From positions 310,001 to 374,000 of the forward strand of contig NW_013657678.1 of the NCBI RefSeq assembly GCF_000142905.1: DNA of 64,000 nt, in the 5' to 3' direction. This DNA comes from Thecamonas trahens ATCC 50062. Taxonomy: Eukaryota; Protista; Apusomonadida. The notes under the pieces are model-generated. The model was not told where the DNA came from. It worked only from the letters and a program-made list of their open reading frames with translations, and did no database searches. A program made the position numbers and the translations under genes. Shown here one piece after another: positions 13,032 through 21,963 of this stretch. Every line of letters starts with the position of its first letter. The stretch's first letter is position 1.

Positions 13032-13132
13032 CCTACATCGCCGTACATCGCCGTGCATCGCAGCCGATCTGTACATCGCCGTGCATCGCAGCCGCTCTGT
13101 ACATCGCTGTACATCGCAGTCGATCTGTACAT
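13032..13132 (+). repeat. Tandem array of GTACATCGC-like units
   Basis: About 8 copies of (G)T[A/G]CATCGC with GATCT/GCTCT spacers in the MED23/ATG101 intergenic region. Confidence 0.85.
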
Positions 13133-13361
13133 GGCCAAACATCACAGCCAAATGCCCCCTCCTCCACTGCGGCCAACCCTCTACCAATCACTGCCCACCG
13201 CAAACGTTCCACCGCTGCTGCCCACCGCTGGTCAGGGACGCCGCGACAGGCCGATGTCACACTCGGTCACCCGACTCCACCCAACCACCCACACGCATAC
13301 ACACACACACACACACACATACACATACACGCATACCCTAGACTCAACTGGTTGCGCCGAT

Positions 13362-13997
13362 ATGGATACCCATGTTCGACATGGATTGTCGCTGGTGGTC
13401 GATGCCACTGAGGGCGACGTGTTTGGGAGTGAGGCCGTGACCAGGTTGGTGGAAGCTCTGCTGTTCCTTCGGGCACAACATGGCCAGACGGCGGCCATGG
13501 TCGCGCTCGACTGCCTGCCAAACATTACGCTGCCGCGCATGGCGAGCGGGACCTCATGTCACGATGGCGATGCAGCTTATTCGGGAAAACGAGAGCCCGA
13601 TAGTGTGCGGCTGGCGGGCGCCGTGGCCAAGTTGATGGAGAACGCGACGTCGCGGTCGGCGATTCTGACAGTCGAGCTGGTCGAGGTGGTGGGCCTTGGC
13701 GGTGATCCGTGCTACGAGGAGTGGACCATCAAAGTAGTGGACGTGGGCAGCAAGGATGCGGTATCGCTGCTGGAGGCTTGTGATGGGTCGGTGCGCCAGG
13801 CTGTGGAAGCCTCGCTCATGGCTGCCATCGACGAGCTCGAGGCCAAAGCCGCCGCCCTCCTCACGGCAGACCACGCGTATCTGCCCAAGTTGAAGGAGAG
13901 TGTGGTGCCTGGGCAAGCGGCAAAGTTTACGGTGGACGGGGGTAGCAGCATGTTTTCGCGGATCGTCAAGGCGCTTCGGCCGTCGAAGCAGGTGTGA
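13362..13997 (+). CDS. ATG101: ATG101-like HORMA-domain autophagy protein
   Basis: EAVTRLVEALLFLR, LDCLPNITLPR, CYEEWTIKV, HAYLPK and a C-terminal amphipathic helix follow the ATG101 motif order. Confidence 0.65.
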   Translation: MDTHVRHGLSLVVDATEGDVFGSEAVTRLVEALLFLRAQHGQTAAMVALDCLPNITLPRMASGTSCHDGDAAYSGKREPDSVRLAGAVAKLMENATSRSAILTVELVEVVGLGGDPCYEEWTIKVVDVGSKDAVSLLEACDGSVRQAVEASLMAAIDELEAKAAALLTADHAYLPKLKESVVPGQAAKFTVDGGSSMFSRIVKALRPSKQV

Positions 13998-14009
13998 GGC
14001 ATAGAACCC

Positions 14010-16508
14010 TCACGGGTGCGGCGGAGTCCGGCTCGACGGGGTCGCGAGGCCAGGAATGTCAAAGGTGGCCTTGTGGCGCGCAGCAGCTGATGCACTTGTG
14101 GTAGGGCGGGCTGTGATGGTGGATGCGGCTGCGGTTGGGGCGCGCGAGCGAGTGCCGACACCTGCGGCGGCAGCGGTCCGCATGTTCTGGCGCGATGAGT
14201 CCTCGAGGCGCTTGAGGCGGTTGTTCATGACCTTGATCTTGGTGTTGATCGACTCGAGGAAGCGCATGAGGGTGTTGTGCGAGTCCGAGATGGCGGCGGT
14301 GACGGCGGCAGGCTCGGCGTTAGCGGCGAGGCGGAGGATGTTGGGGTCAATCGGGGCAGGGCCTCCCTGATTCGGCTTGCGGATCTCAAGCTTGCGGAGG
14401 CCCGGGTCGCCGGATGAGCCCATGCGGGCCACACGCTTCTTGTAGTCTTCGAGGCGCTTCGAGATCTCCTCTCGATGCTCGATCTGCTCGCGCGAGAGCT
14501 TCTTGCCCGTCTCGGCCAGGCCCTGCTCGAGCTCCATAAAGTCTGACAGCGCCTCCTCGAGAAGAAGCTTCTCCTCGCGCAAGTCGGCGAGCCAGGCCTC
14601 GATCTCGTCGGCGTCGAGCTGGTTGTCTTCGTTCTCATCGTACTGGTCAAAGGCCTCAGCGGCCTCCTCGTCGTTAAGAGCGAGCTGCGTCAGGGCCTCG
14701 TCGCGCGAGATCATGCCGTCGAGATTGATGTCACCCTTGCCGGAGCGGATCTTCTCGATGAGCAGCGAGCGCTTGTGGTAGCGCTTGACAAGCATGGCGT
14801 CCTTCATAATGAGCATGGCTCGCTTGAGCTGAGCCCACGGCGAGAGCCGCTGCACCTTGCCGGAGAGCAGCTGCTCCACGCGCTGCTCGGCGTCGCGCCG
14901 TGCCGCGGCCTCGCGGACTGAGTCGAACGACGACGAGATAATGGCAATGAACACATTGAGGAGGACAAAGAAGACGAGCAGCATGTACGAGAAGAAGAAC
15001 AGCGGTGCAAGGTACCGGTTCGAGCGCTCGATCTGCGAGTAGTCAAACTCGCCGAGGATGGAGAGGACAAGCGACTCCATGGAGCGGAAGATGGTACGAA
15101 AGCCCTCTACGTCGGCCGAAAACATCATGTACCCAGCCTGGGCGTAGCCAAAGAAGATGATAAGGAACATGATCATGAAGAGTACCGTGTCGGCCGCGGC
15201 GCGGACAAGCGTCTCGGAGAGCTGGTGGATACGATCAAAATGGTTGAGGTACTTGAGCGTCTTGATCCAACAAAGGAGCATGTTGATGGCGTTGATGTTG
15301 ATCTCCTGTGTTGCCATCAGCGCCACGCCTTGCAGGTTAAAGTACGCCGCGTTCGACTTGAAATTGCCGGTGTCGAACATCTGCTCGAGGGTGATGGTCA
15401 TGATGATGCGGAAGATGATGACGACGACAAAGAGCGAGAGGTTGAGCACGTCGAGGTAGTTCCACATGTCGTCGACAAAGTACGCCCGCCATCCGCGGTG
15501 CTCGCCGGAAGCACTCGTCACCTTGCCGCGGCAAGCCTGAACGAGCTCGCCCACCTCCTCCACAACGTACATGAAGACCATGGCGCAGAGGAGGAGCTCG
15601 CAGACAAGCACAAAGTAGTCCATCGACGAGAGGTAGCGCAGGAGCTTGACGGTACGAAAGTGCGCAAATGGCACGACGCCACCAGCCTCGGGCAGCTCAA
15701 AGGCGATACGGATGACGCAGAAAAGGTTGAGGTTGGCGTTGTAGACCGAGAACTCGATGGCCAGCAGCCGGGTCTGCAAATCAACAAACTTGTTCTGCTT
15801 GAGGAACGAGATTTGCTGCGTAGCGTTGCCCTTGTCCTTGGCAAGATCCACGACAAAGCCGTCGTCGGGATAGAGAGAGAGCCGCCCATTGACGCCACCA
15901 AAGAGGGTCTGCCGGTCGGCCTGCCACACCCACTCGTTGCCCGGCGGGCCAAACGGGTCCTTGGAGACCACCGACGACTTGAACGAGTCGTAACAGTGTT
16001 CCACGATGCGCTTAAACTTATCTGCCACCGAGCACGTGTCCTTGCGGATGCGGACCTGGCGGATGCGCACAAGGCCGACGATCTGGTCGTAGCCGTAGAT
16101 GGCGCGCGAGAGCGAGTCCGGCACCGGGTCACCGGCGTAGTCGACAGTGGGGAAGAGGCCCTCAAGTAGCGGGCCCTCCATGTACTGGAACATCTCGTCG
16201 GTGGTGGCTACGTCCCAGAAGGTCTTGCGGATGTGCGAGGCCGAGGCCGGGAACTCTTCCTGGACGAGGATGTCGCGCAGTTGGGCCGACATGTAGTACG
16301 CCGACTCTGACGGCCGCGATCCGAACACAATGATGGTAAAGAGGGTGAGAAAGACAAAGTACCGCAGGGTTGAGAACGTCCACGACCGGATGTACAACAG
16401 CCGCGAGAGCGAGAGCCCCGTCGACGGCGCATCCTCATCGTCGTCTGACGAGTCCCCACCAAGCCGCACCACGGTGACCCTATCACGAATCTTCTTGAAC
16501 GTGTTCAT
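14010..16508 (-). CDS. PKD2: Polycystin-2 (TRPP) cation channel
   Basis: TOP domain (RIRQVR, FSVYNANLNLF), six TM helices, pore ILGEFDY, LLNVFIAII, EF-hands and coiled coil. Confidence 0.92.
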   Translation of the reverse strand: MNTFKKIRDRVTVVRLGGDSSDDDEDAPSTGLSLSRLLYIRSWTFSTLRYFVFLTLFTIIVFGSRPSESAYYMSAQLRDILVQEEFPASASHIRKTFWDVATTDEMFQYMEGPLLEGLFPTVDYAGDPVPDSLSRAIYGYDQIVGLVRIRQVRIRKDTCSVADKFKRIVEHCYDSFKSSVVSKDPFGPPGNEWVWQADRQTLFGGVNGRLSLYPDDGFVVDLAKDKGNATQQISFLKQNKFVDLQTRLLAIEFSVYNANLNLFCVIRIAFELPEAGGVVPFAHFRTVKLLRYLSSMDYFVLVCELLLCAMVFMYVVEEVGELVQACRGKVTSASGEHRGWRAYFVDDMWNYLDVLNLSLFVVVIIFRIIMTITLEQMFDTGNFKSNAAYFNLQGVALMATQEININAINMLLCWIKTLKYLNHFDRIHQLSETLVRAAADTVLFMIMFLIIFFGYAQAGYMMFSADVEGFRTIFRSMESLVLSILGEFDYSQIERSNRYLAPLFFFSYMLLVFFVLLNVFIAIISSSFDSVREAAARRDAEQRVEQLLSGKVQRLSPWAQLKRAMLIMKDAMLVKRYHKRSLLIEKIRSGKGDINLDGMISRDEALTQLALNDEEAAEAFDQYDENEDNQLDADEIEAWLADLREEKLLLEEALSDFMELEQGLAETGKKLSREQIEHREEISKRLEDYKKRVARMGSSGDPGLRKLEIRKPNQGGPAPIDPNILRLAANAEPAAVTAAISDSHNTLMRFLESINTKIKVMNNRLKRLEDSSRQNMRTAAAAGVGTRSRAPTAAASTITARPTTSASAAARHKATFDIPGLATPSSRTPPHP

Positions 16509-16580
16509 GGCGAGGTTGTGTGAGAGGCAGCGGAGGGGGGGGGGGGGGGAGGGGGGGGAGGGGATCGCGAGAGAGTGTGC

Positions 16581-16879
16581 NNNNNNNNNNNNNNNNNNNN
16601 NNNNNNNNNNNNNNNNNNNNNNNNNNNNNNNNNNNNNNNNNNNNNNNNNNNNNNNNNNNNNNNNNNNNNNNNNNNNNNNNNNNNNNNNNNNNNNNNNNNN
16701 NNNNNNNNNNNNNNNNNNNNNNNNNNNNNNNNNNNNNNNNNNNNNNNNNNNNNNNNNNNNNNNNNNNNNNNNNNNNNNNNNNNNNNNNNNNNNNNNNNNN
16801 NNNNNNNNNNNNNNNNNNNNNNNNNNNNNNNNNNNNNNNNNNNNNNNNNNNNNNNNNNNNNNNNNNNNNNNNNNNNNNN
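16581..16879. other. Assembly gap
   Basis: Run of N. Confidence 1.
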
Positions 16880-17037
16880 GGGGGGGGGCGGGACGACACC
16901 ACACATACACACACACACACACACACTTACACACACTCATCTCCCACAAACACCCTCCTCCTTCTCCTCCTCCACTTCTTATCCCCTCTCCCTTCCCTCT
17001 TCTACACCAACACCACCACGCACACATACCCCTTCTC

Positions 17038-17523
17038 ATGTCCGAGTTCGAGTCGTCGCTGCCGCTGGGGTGGTCGGCCCATACGTCGGCAAGCCATGGC
17101 AAGACGTACTACTTCAACGAGTTCACTGGGGAGACCCGGTGGCGGAGGCCGAAGCCTGCGGCACCGCTTAATCCGCATGCACCTAACGGCAAGGTCCGTG
17201 TCTCGCACATTCTCGCCAAGCACGCTGGCTCTCGTCGCGCTGTCGCCCGTGGCGAGCCCGTCACACGCTCGCTGGACGAGGCCAAGGAGCGCATCGCCCG
17301 CATCCGTGACGACATCGTTGCCAAGCGCATGACCTTCTTTGACGCCGCATACAAGTACTCGGACTGCTCATCCTCAAAGCGTGGCGGAGACGTCGGCGAG
17401 TTTGTCCGCCAGGGCCAGATGCAGGAGGCCTTTGCCAACGCCGCCTTTCAGCTCGAGCTGGGCGAGCTCTCAGACGTCGTTGTCTCAAAGTCAGGCGTCC
17501 ACATCATGGTCCGCACCGCATAA
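17038..17523 (+). CDS. PIN1: Pin1/Ess1 peptidyl-prolyl isomerase (WW + parvulin)
   Basis: LPLGW...YYFN..TGETRW WW domain; SHILAKH, SDCSS.KRGGD, MQEAF and SGVHI motifs. Confidence 0.93.
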   Translation: MSEFESSLPLGWSAHTSASHGKTYYFNEFTGETRWRRPKPAAPLNPHAPNGKVRVSHILAKHAGSRRAVARGEPVTRSLDEAKERIARIRDDIVAKRMTFFDAAYKYSDCSSSKRGGDVGEFVRQGQMQEAFANAAFQLELGELSDVVVSKSGVHIMVRTA

Positions 17524-17711
17524 ACAGCCCGCCACCCACAAAGTGCTTCCCACCAACCGCCGCCTGTCTGTCACCCATCACCGCCTATCTCATTCGTAGC
17601 CCCCCCCTCCCCCCATCCCTGGTGCTGCTGCCGACGAAGATCAGCACTGCCGTCCTTGGCTCCCCCCCACACACACACCCCAACCCCAACGCCACACCTC
17701 TCTTCCCTAGC

Positions 17712-18750
17712 ATGGCTACCCCTGTCCCGTGTCCGGCTTACGCAGGCCTTGTGGGGCATATGGGCGTGTCTGCAGCCATTGCCCTTGGGTGTAAGTGCTG
17801 TGGCGGAGGGGGTGAGGAGGGGGGGGGAGGGGAAGGGGGGGGGAGAGGGGGGGGAGGGAGGCGGTGACGGGCGCATGACTTGCCAGGCCAGCACACGGGT
17901 CACGCCCTGGTCACAGCCACCACAGCCACCACAGCCACCACAGCCACCACAGCCATCACAGCCACCACAGCCATCACCTACACCTACAACATTTCTCTCT
18001 CTCCCTCTCCCTCTCGCTTGCTTACTCACTTGCACTCATGCTCTTCCTCATCCCCCCCTCCTCCTCCCCCCCTCCTCCCCTCACAGGCCTCGGCTCCGCA
18101 TACGGCACTGCCAAGGCCGCATCGGGCATCGCCTCGGTCGGCGTTCACAACCCAGCATCGTCATGCGGGCACTCATTCCTGTCGTCATGGCTGGTATTGT
18201 CGGCATCTATGTACGCCCTTGTCCTGGCTCTTTCTCCTCCCTCTCTCCCTCCCTCCCTCCCTCCCCCCCTCCCTCCTCCCTCCCTCCCCCACACACACTC
18301 ACACAACCCCTCTCCCTTGTCGTCTTCTCCATCCCGCGCACACACATACATAGGGCCTCATTGTCGCTATCGTCCTCTCCTCCTCAAGTACGCTACGCCC
18401 ACCTCTTGCCCCCCCCACACACACACACACACAGACACACACACGCCCTCTCACTCACCTTTCTATCCGCTCGCACAGTGGAGCCTGATCAGTATCCCGC
18501 TGCCAATGCGTTCCTTGATCTCGGAGCAGGACTTGCCGTTGGCCTCTCTGGTATGGCCGCAGGCATGGCCATTGGTGTTGTTGGCGACTCGGGCGTCCGC
18601 GCTTTTGCCCAGCAGTCGCGCGTCTACGTCGCCATGATCCTCATCCTCATCTTTGCTGAAGCCCTTGGTCTCTACGGCCTCATTGTCGGCATCGTCATGA
18701 ACGGCCAAAAGCTCGGCACCGGCTCGTTCACATGCAATCACGGCTTGTAA
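17712..18750 (+). CDS. ATP6V0C: V-ATPase V0 proteolipid subunit c; exons 17712-17790, 18087-18210, 18354-18387, 18479-18750; apparent frameshift ~18152
   Basis: [23 protein letters not shown] and [16 protein letters not shown]; three GT-AG introns with ACTCAC motifs. Confidence 0.9.
17910..17978 (+). repeat. 9-bp tandem repeat (CCACAGCCA)n in V-ATPase intron 1
   Basis: About 7 copies visible. Confidence 0.85.
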
Positions 18751-18884
18751 ACCCCCCGTACATCATCCACTGTTTTACCAAGGATGTGCCCCGCGCCACG
18801 AGAGCGGTGGCGGTCGCTGATCACCCGTCCGTCCACCACCTCACCCTCATTCCCCATTCCTCACCATTCTCCCACACTCCATAC

Positions 18885-21800
18885 ATGCTCCCGCCACTAC
18901 GCCACCTCATTGACGCCCATGGAACAACAGCCCCGACTGTGCTGCAGCGGACTCTGGCTACCCTTGTCAAGTACCTGGATAACATCGCCTCGGCACCCAA
19001 CGACCTGCGCTTCCGTCGCATCAAGACAACCAATAGAGCCTTCTCCGCACGCATCGCTCCGTTTGGAGATGCGCTGGCCGTTCTGGCCTCTGCCGGCTTT
19101 GTCGCCCACTCGGATGATGCGCTTGTGCTGCCGTCGGATGCTCCACTCGAGCCTCTCCGTGCTGTTCTCGACGACGTCCGTGCTGCTCTGCCCATAGCCG
19201 CCGATCTCGTTGCCGCTGCAGCCGCCAGCGATGCAGCCGTCGCCGCGGCCATGCGTCAGCGGGCAGTAGACCGCAACGATCAAGCTCGCCGTCATGCTGA
19301 TCGCGTCCTGGCGGCGAAGACGCACTCACGCAAGCGGGCGTCGCTTGGCAGCACAGTACTTGTACCTGCTCCCCAGTCCTTTGCCGGCCTCGCCAACCAG
19401 GGCGCCACCTGCTACCTCAACGCCTACTTACAGACCCTCTTCCATTGCTGCGCCTTTCGTGCCCTCGTCTACGCCATTCCCTTTGCGGGCTCGAACTCAG
19501 TCATCGGTGCGCTGCAGCTCCTCTTCTGTGAACTCGAGACGAGCAGATCAGCCGAGGGCACCTCGCGTGCCTGTGTCTCTACTCGCGGCCTCACAGACGC
19601 CTTTGGCTGGTCGAGCGCCGAGCTCGCCACACAACACGACGTTCAGGAGCTCTCGCGGGTCCTTCTTGCAAACATCGAGGACAAGCTCGCTGGGACCGAG
19701 CTTGCTCCTGCCGTCGCCGATCTCTTTGCCGGTACCCTCACCACCACCCTCGCCTCGCTGCCTTTGGCTCCAGCCGGCGAGACCTTTGTCTCGTCTACTG
19801 ATGAACCGTTTTACGACCTCACTGTGCCAGTTGCCGGCCATGCCTCGCTCGAAGCTGCCCTCAGTGTGCTCTTTGCTCCAGAGACCATGGACGGGGACAA
19901 CCAGTACGCCGCGCCTGGCCTCGGCCTCCGCGACGCGACCAAGCGCACTCTCCCGTCGAAATTGCCGCAGCTGATCCAGTTCCAGCTTGCCCGCTTCGCC
20001 TACAACCCCACTGAGGGGCGAATGGCCAAGATCACGTCACGCTTTTCGTTTCCCGTGCAGCTGGACATGCCCTGCGCTGCTGCTCCGTCCCGCTCCTACA
20101 ACCTCTTTGCTGTCCTTGTCCACGCCGGTGGCTCGCCGGCCGGAGGTCACTACTATGCATTTATCCGCACAGGTGATAGCGACTCTGCTGAGAGTTGGAT
20201 CAAGTTCAACGATGCTGTTGTCACGCTTGCGGAGCCTGCTGAAGCTCTTGATGCCAACTTTGGCGGAGGCACGTCGTCGGCGTCGGCCTACATGCTGCTG
20301 TATGCGGCAGCCGACGCCGCTGATGTTCTCGGCGCGGTCCCTCCGCCACCAACTGCCCTGGTCGATGCCTTGGCGGACGCGAAGCTTGTCGCTGCTCACG
20401 CTGCAGCAGTTGCAGCCGCGCCCGAAGTCGTCGTTGTTGATCTCGAATCTCTGCATGCTCAACTGGTGGCAGTAGCTCCAGCTTGGAGCCCATCTGCGCT
20501 GTTTGCCACCGCACTCGTCAACGCAGCTGCAGCCTCGCCACGTGTGCCGCTTCTTCCAGCGCTTCTTGACGAGCTGCTTACCGCTGGCAGTCTTTGGGCG
20601 CTCGATCTGCACCGCTGCTGCTGGAATATGATTGCCGCTCCGTCGGCCACCTCCTCACGAGTTCCAACGGTCATCGTCCGCGGGTCAGGCACCGACTCTG
20701 GCCTTGTAGCTGTTCATCTGTTTAGCGTCACCGCGCGAGGCCCGCCGCGAGTCACGGATGCTTGGCTGGCAGACGCTAATCCAGACGAGCCATCTGTTGT
20801 TCATCGAATTGAGGCATGGTTGGCTGGCCAGCAGCTCGCCCAAGCTGCGGTTGCAGTGGCTGCTCCTGACGGCAAGATTCCCACCCTGGAGTGGGCTGCC
20901 AATCCGGAAGAAGGCTGGAAGGCAGCATGCGCTACAGTAGTAGGTGCCGCCAACGCTCTGCCGCCCACACTCGCTGTATTTGCTCTACCAGTGTCGGAGA
21001 GCGAGCCTCTTGGCGAAGCCATCGCCGAACTCAGCGCAGAGCTCACACGCGTCTCAGTCACGTTTGAGCCGCGCGATGCTGTTCGCTCCACTGCTACCCT
21101 TCGCCTCGGCCGAGAGACCACACTAGCGACTGCTGCGCATGCTCTTCACCTCGCGCTGGAGCTGGATGCCATGTCACAAGTGGTTCTTGTCGGTCTCAAC
21201 GCTGCCTCCGGTAAGCCGCGGAGTCGTCCATTCACCGAGCCCGACATGACGCTGGGCGACGCACTGGAGCGCGGTGCAGGCGTGGCGCGGCTGTTTTACG
21301 ACGTCCGTGCTGGCGACCGCATCGTCGAACTTGATCACGGTGCCCGCATGCTCGCGCGAGTCAGCCTCCCGGCACCACCGCGGCTTGTGGAGGTCCCGGG
21401 CCGAACAGCTGCTCAACTATTGGCTGCAGCAGGCCTTAACGGTCAAGCTGGCGTGGGGGTCGTCCAGGCCGGCGCGGTACTGCACATCTTTGCCGGCGCT
21501 GACGTGCTCACCACGCAGCTCAATGATGGCCGGTATCGCGGTGCCAAGCTGTGTCTGGTCCCAGTCGTCTGCCACCCCGATGTGACCCTTCCGCTCGATG
21601 CCCACGCCACCCGTTTCGCTGCCGTAATCCAGGTCGTTGCCCTTGGTGCACGATACGAACTCGTCGACGACGATTTCATGGCAGTTGCCCTCCCGCAGAG
21701 TTGCGGTGATGCCACTGTCGAAACTGTGTGCGATCTCGCAGGTGCCGGACCATCGGCGCAGTGTGTCACCTGGCCCTTGCCGCCGAACAAGCCGGAGCCG

Positions 21801-21929
21801 CTGGCGCGATCAGAGCGCGTTGCCGGAGCGCTGACGGTGATTGGTGTGGTGTTGCGGCATGTGGCAGACCACGGCGACAGCTCCAGACCGGCACGCGATC
21901 TCGCTGCACCACTCACAATCCACAACTAG
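18885..21929 (+). CDS. PUB domain + ubiquitin-specific protease (C19, USP7/47-like)
   Basis: PUB: LVKYLDNI..PNDLRFRRIKTTNRAF...SAGF. USP: GLANQGATCYLN, QHDVQE, GGHYYAFIR and WIKFND. Confidence 0.85.
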   Translation: MLPPLRHLIDAHGTTAPTVLQRTLATLVKYLDNIASAPNDLRFRRIKTTNRAFSARIAPFGDALAVLASAGFVAHSDDALVLPSDAPLEPLRAVLDDVRAALPIAADLVAAAAASDAAVAAAMRQRAVDRNDQARRHADRVLAAKTHSRKRASLGSTVLVPAPQSFAGLANQGATCYLNAYLQTLFHCCAFRALVYAIPFAGSNSVIGALQLLFCELETSRSAEGTSRACVSTRGLTDAFGWSSAELATQHDVQELSRVLLANIEDKLAGTELAPAVADLFAGTLTTTLASLPLAPAGETFVSSTDEPFYDLTVPVAGHASLEAALSVLFAPETMDGDNQYAAPGLGLRDATKRTLPSKLPQLIQFQLARFAYNPTEGRMAKITSRFSFPVQLDMPCAAAPSRSYNLFAVLVHAGGSPAGGHYYAFIRTGDSDSAESWIKFNDAVVTLAEPAEALDANFGGGTSSASAYMLLYAAADAADVLGAVPPPPTALVDALADAKLVAAHAAAVAAAPEVVVVDLESLHAQLVAVAPAWSPSALFATALVNAAAASPRVPLLPALLDELLTAGSLWALDLHRCCWNMIAAPSATSSRVPTVIVRGSGTDSGLVAVHLFSVTARGPPRVTDAWLADANPDEPSVVHRIEAWLAGQQLAQAAVAVAAPDGKIPTLEWAANPEEGWKAACATVVGAANALPPTLAVFALPVSESEPLGEAIAELSAELTRVSVTFEPRDAVRSTATLRLGRETTLATAAHALHLALELDAMSQVVLVGLNAASGKPRSRPFTEPDMTLGDALERGAGVARLFYDVRAGDRIVELDHGARMLARVSLPAPPRLVEVPGRTAAQLLAAAGLNGQAGVGVVQAGAVLHIFAGADVLTTQLNDGRYRGAKLCLVPVVCHPDVTLPLDAHATRFAAVIQVVALGARYELVDDDFMAVALPQSCGDATVETVCDLAGAGPSAQCVTWPLPPNKPEPLARSERVAGALTVIGVVLRHVADHGDSSRPARDLAAPLTIHN

Positions 21930-21963
21930 CTCGGCACGGTGCAACACTACTCTGGGATGGGAT

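Noticed and set aside
13032-13132. CRISPR-like appearance of the repeat array
   Set aside because: Units are ~10 bp with no unique spacers, there are no cas genes, and the context is eukaryotic.
16330-17037. N-terminal ORF extensions through C/G tracts (also 33711-34130, 38790-38993, 12294-13361)
   Set aside because: Low-complexity non-coding tracts that happen to lack stops; conserved starts lie downstream.
17690-17714. Polypyrimidine+AG before the ATG as evidence of trans-splicing
   Set aside because: Present for V-ATPase and ATG101 but absent before Pin1, PP2C and epsilon-tubulin.
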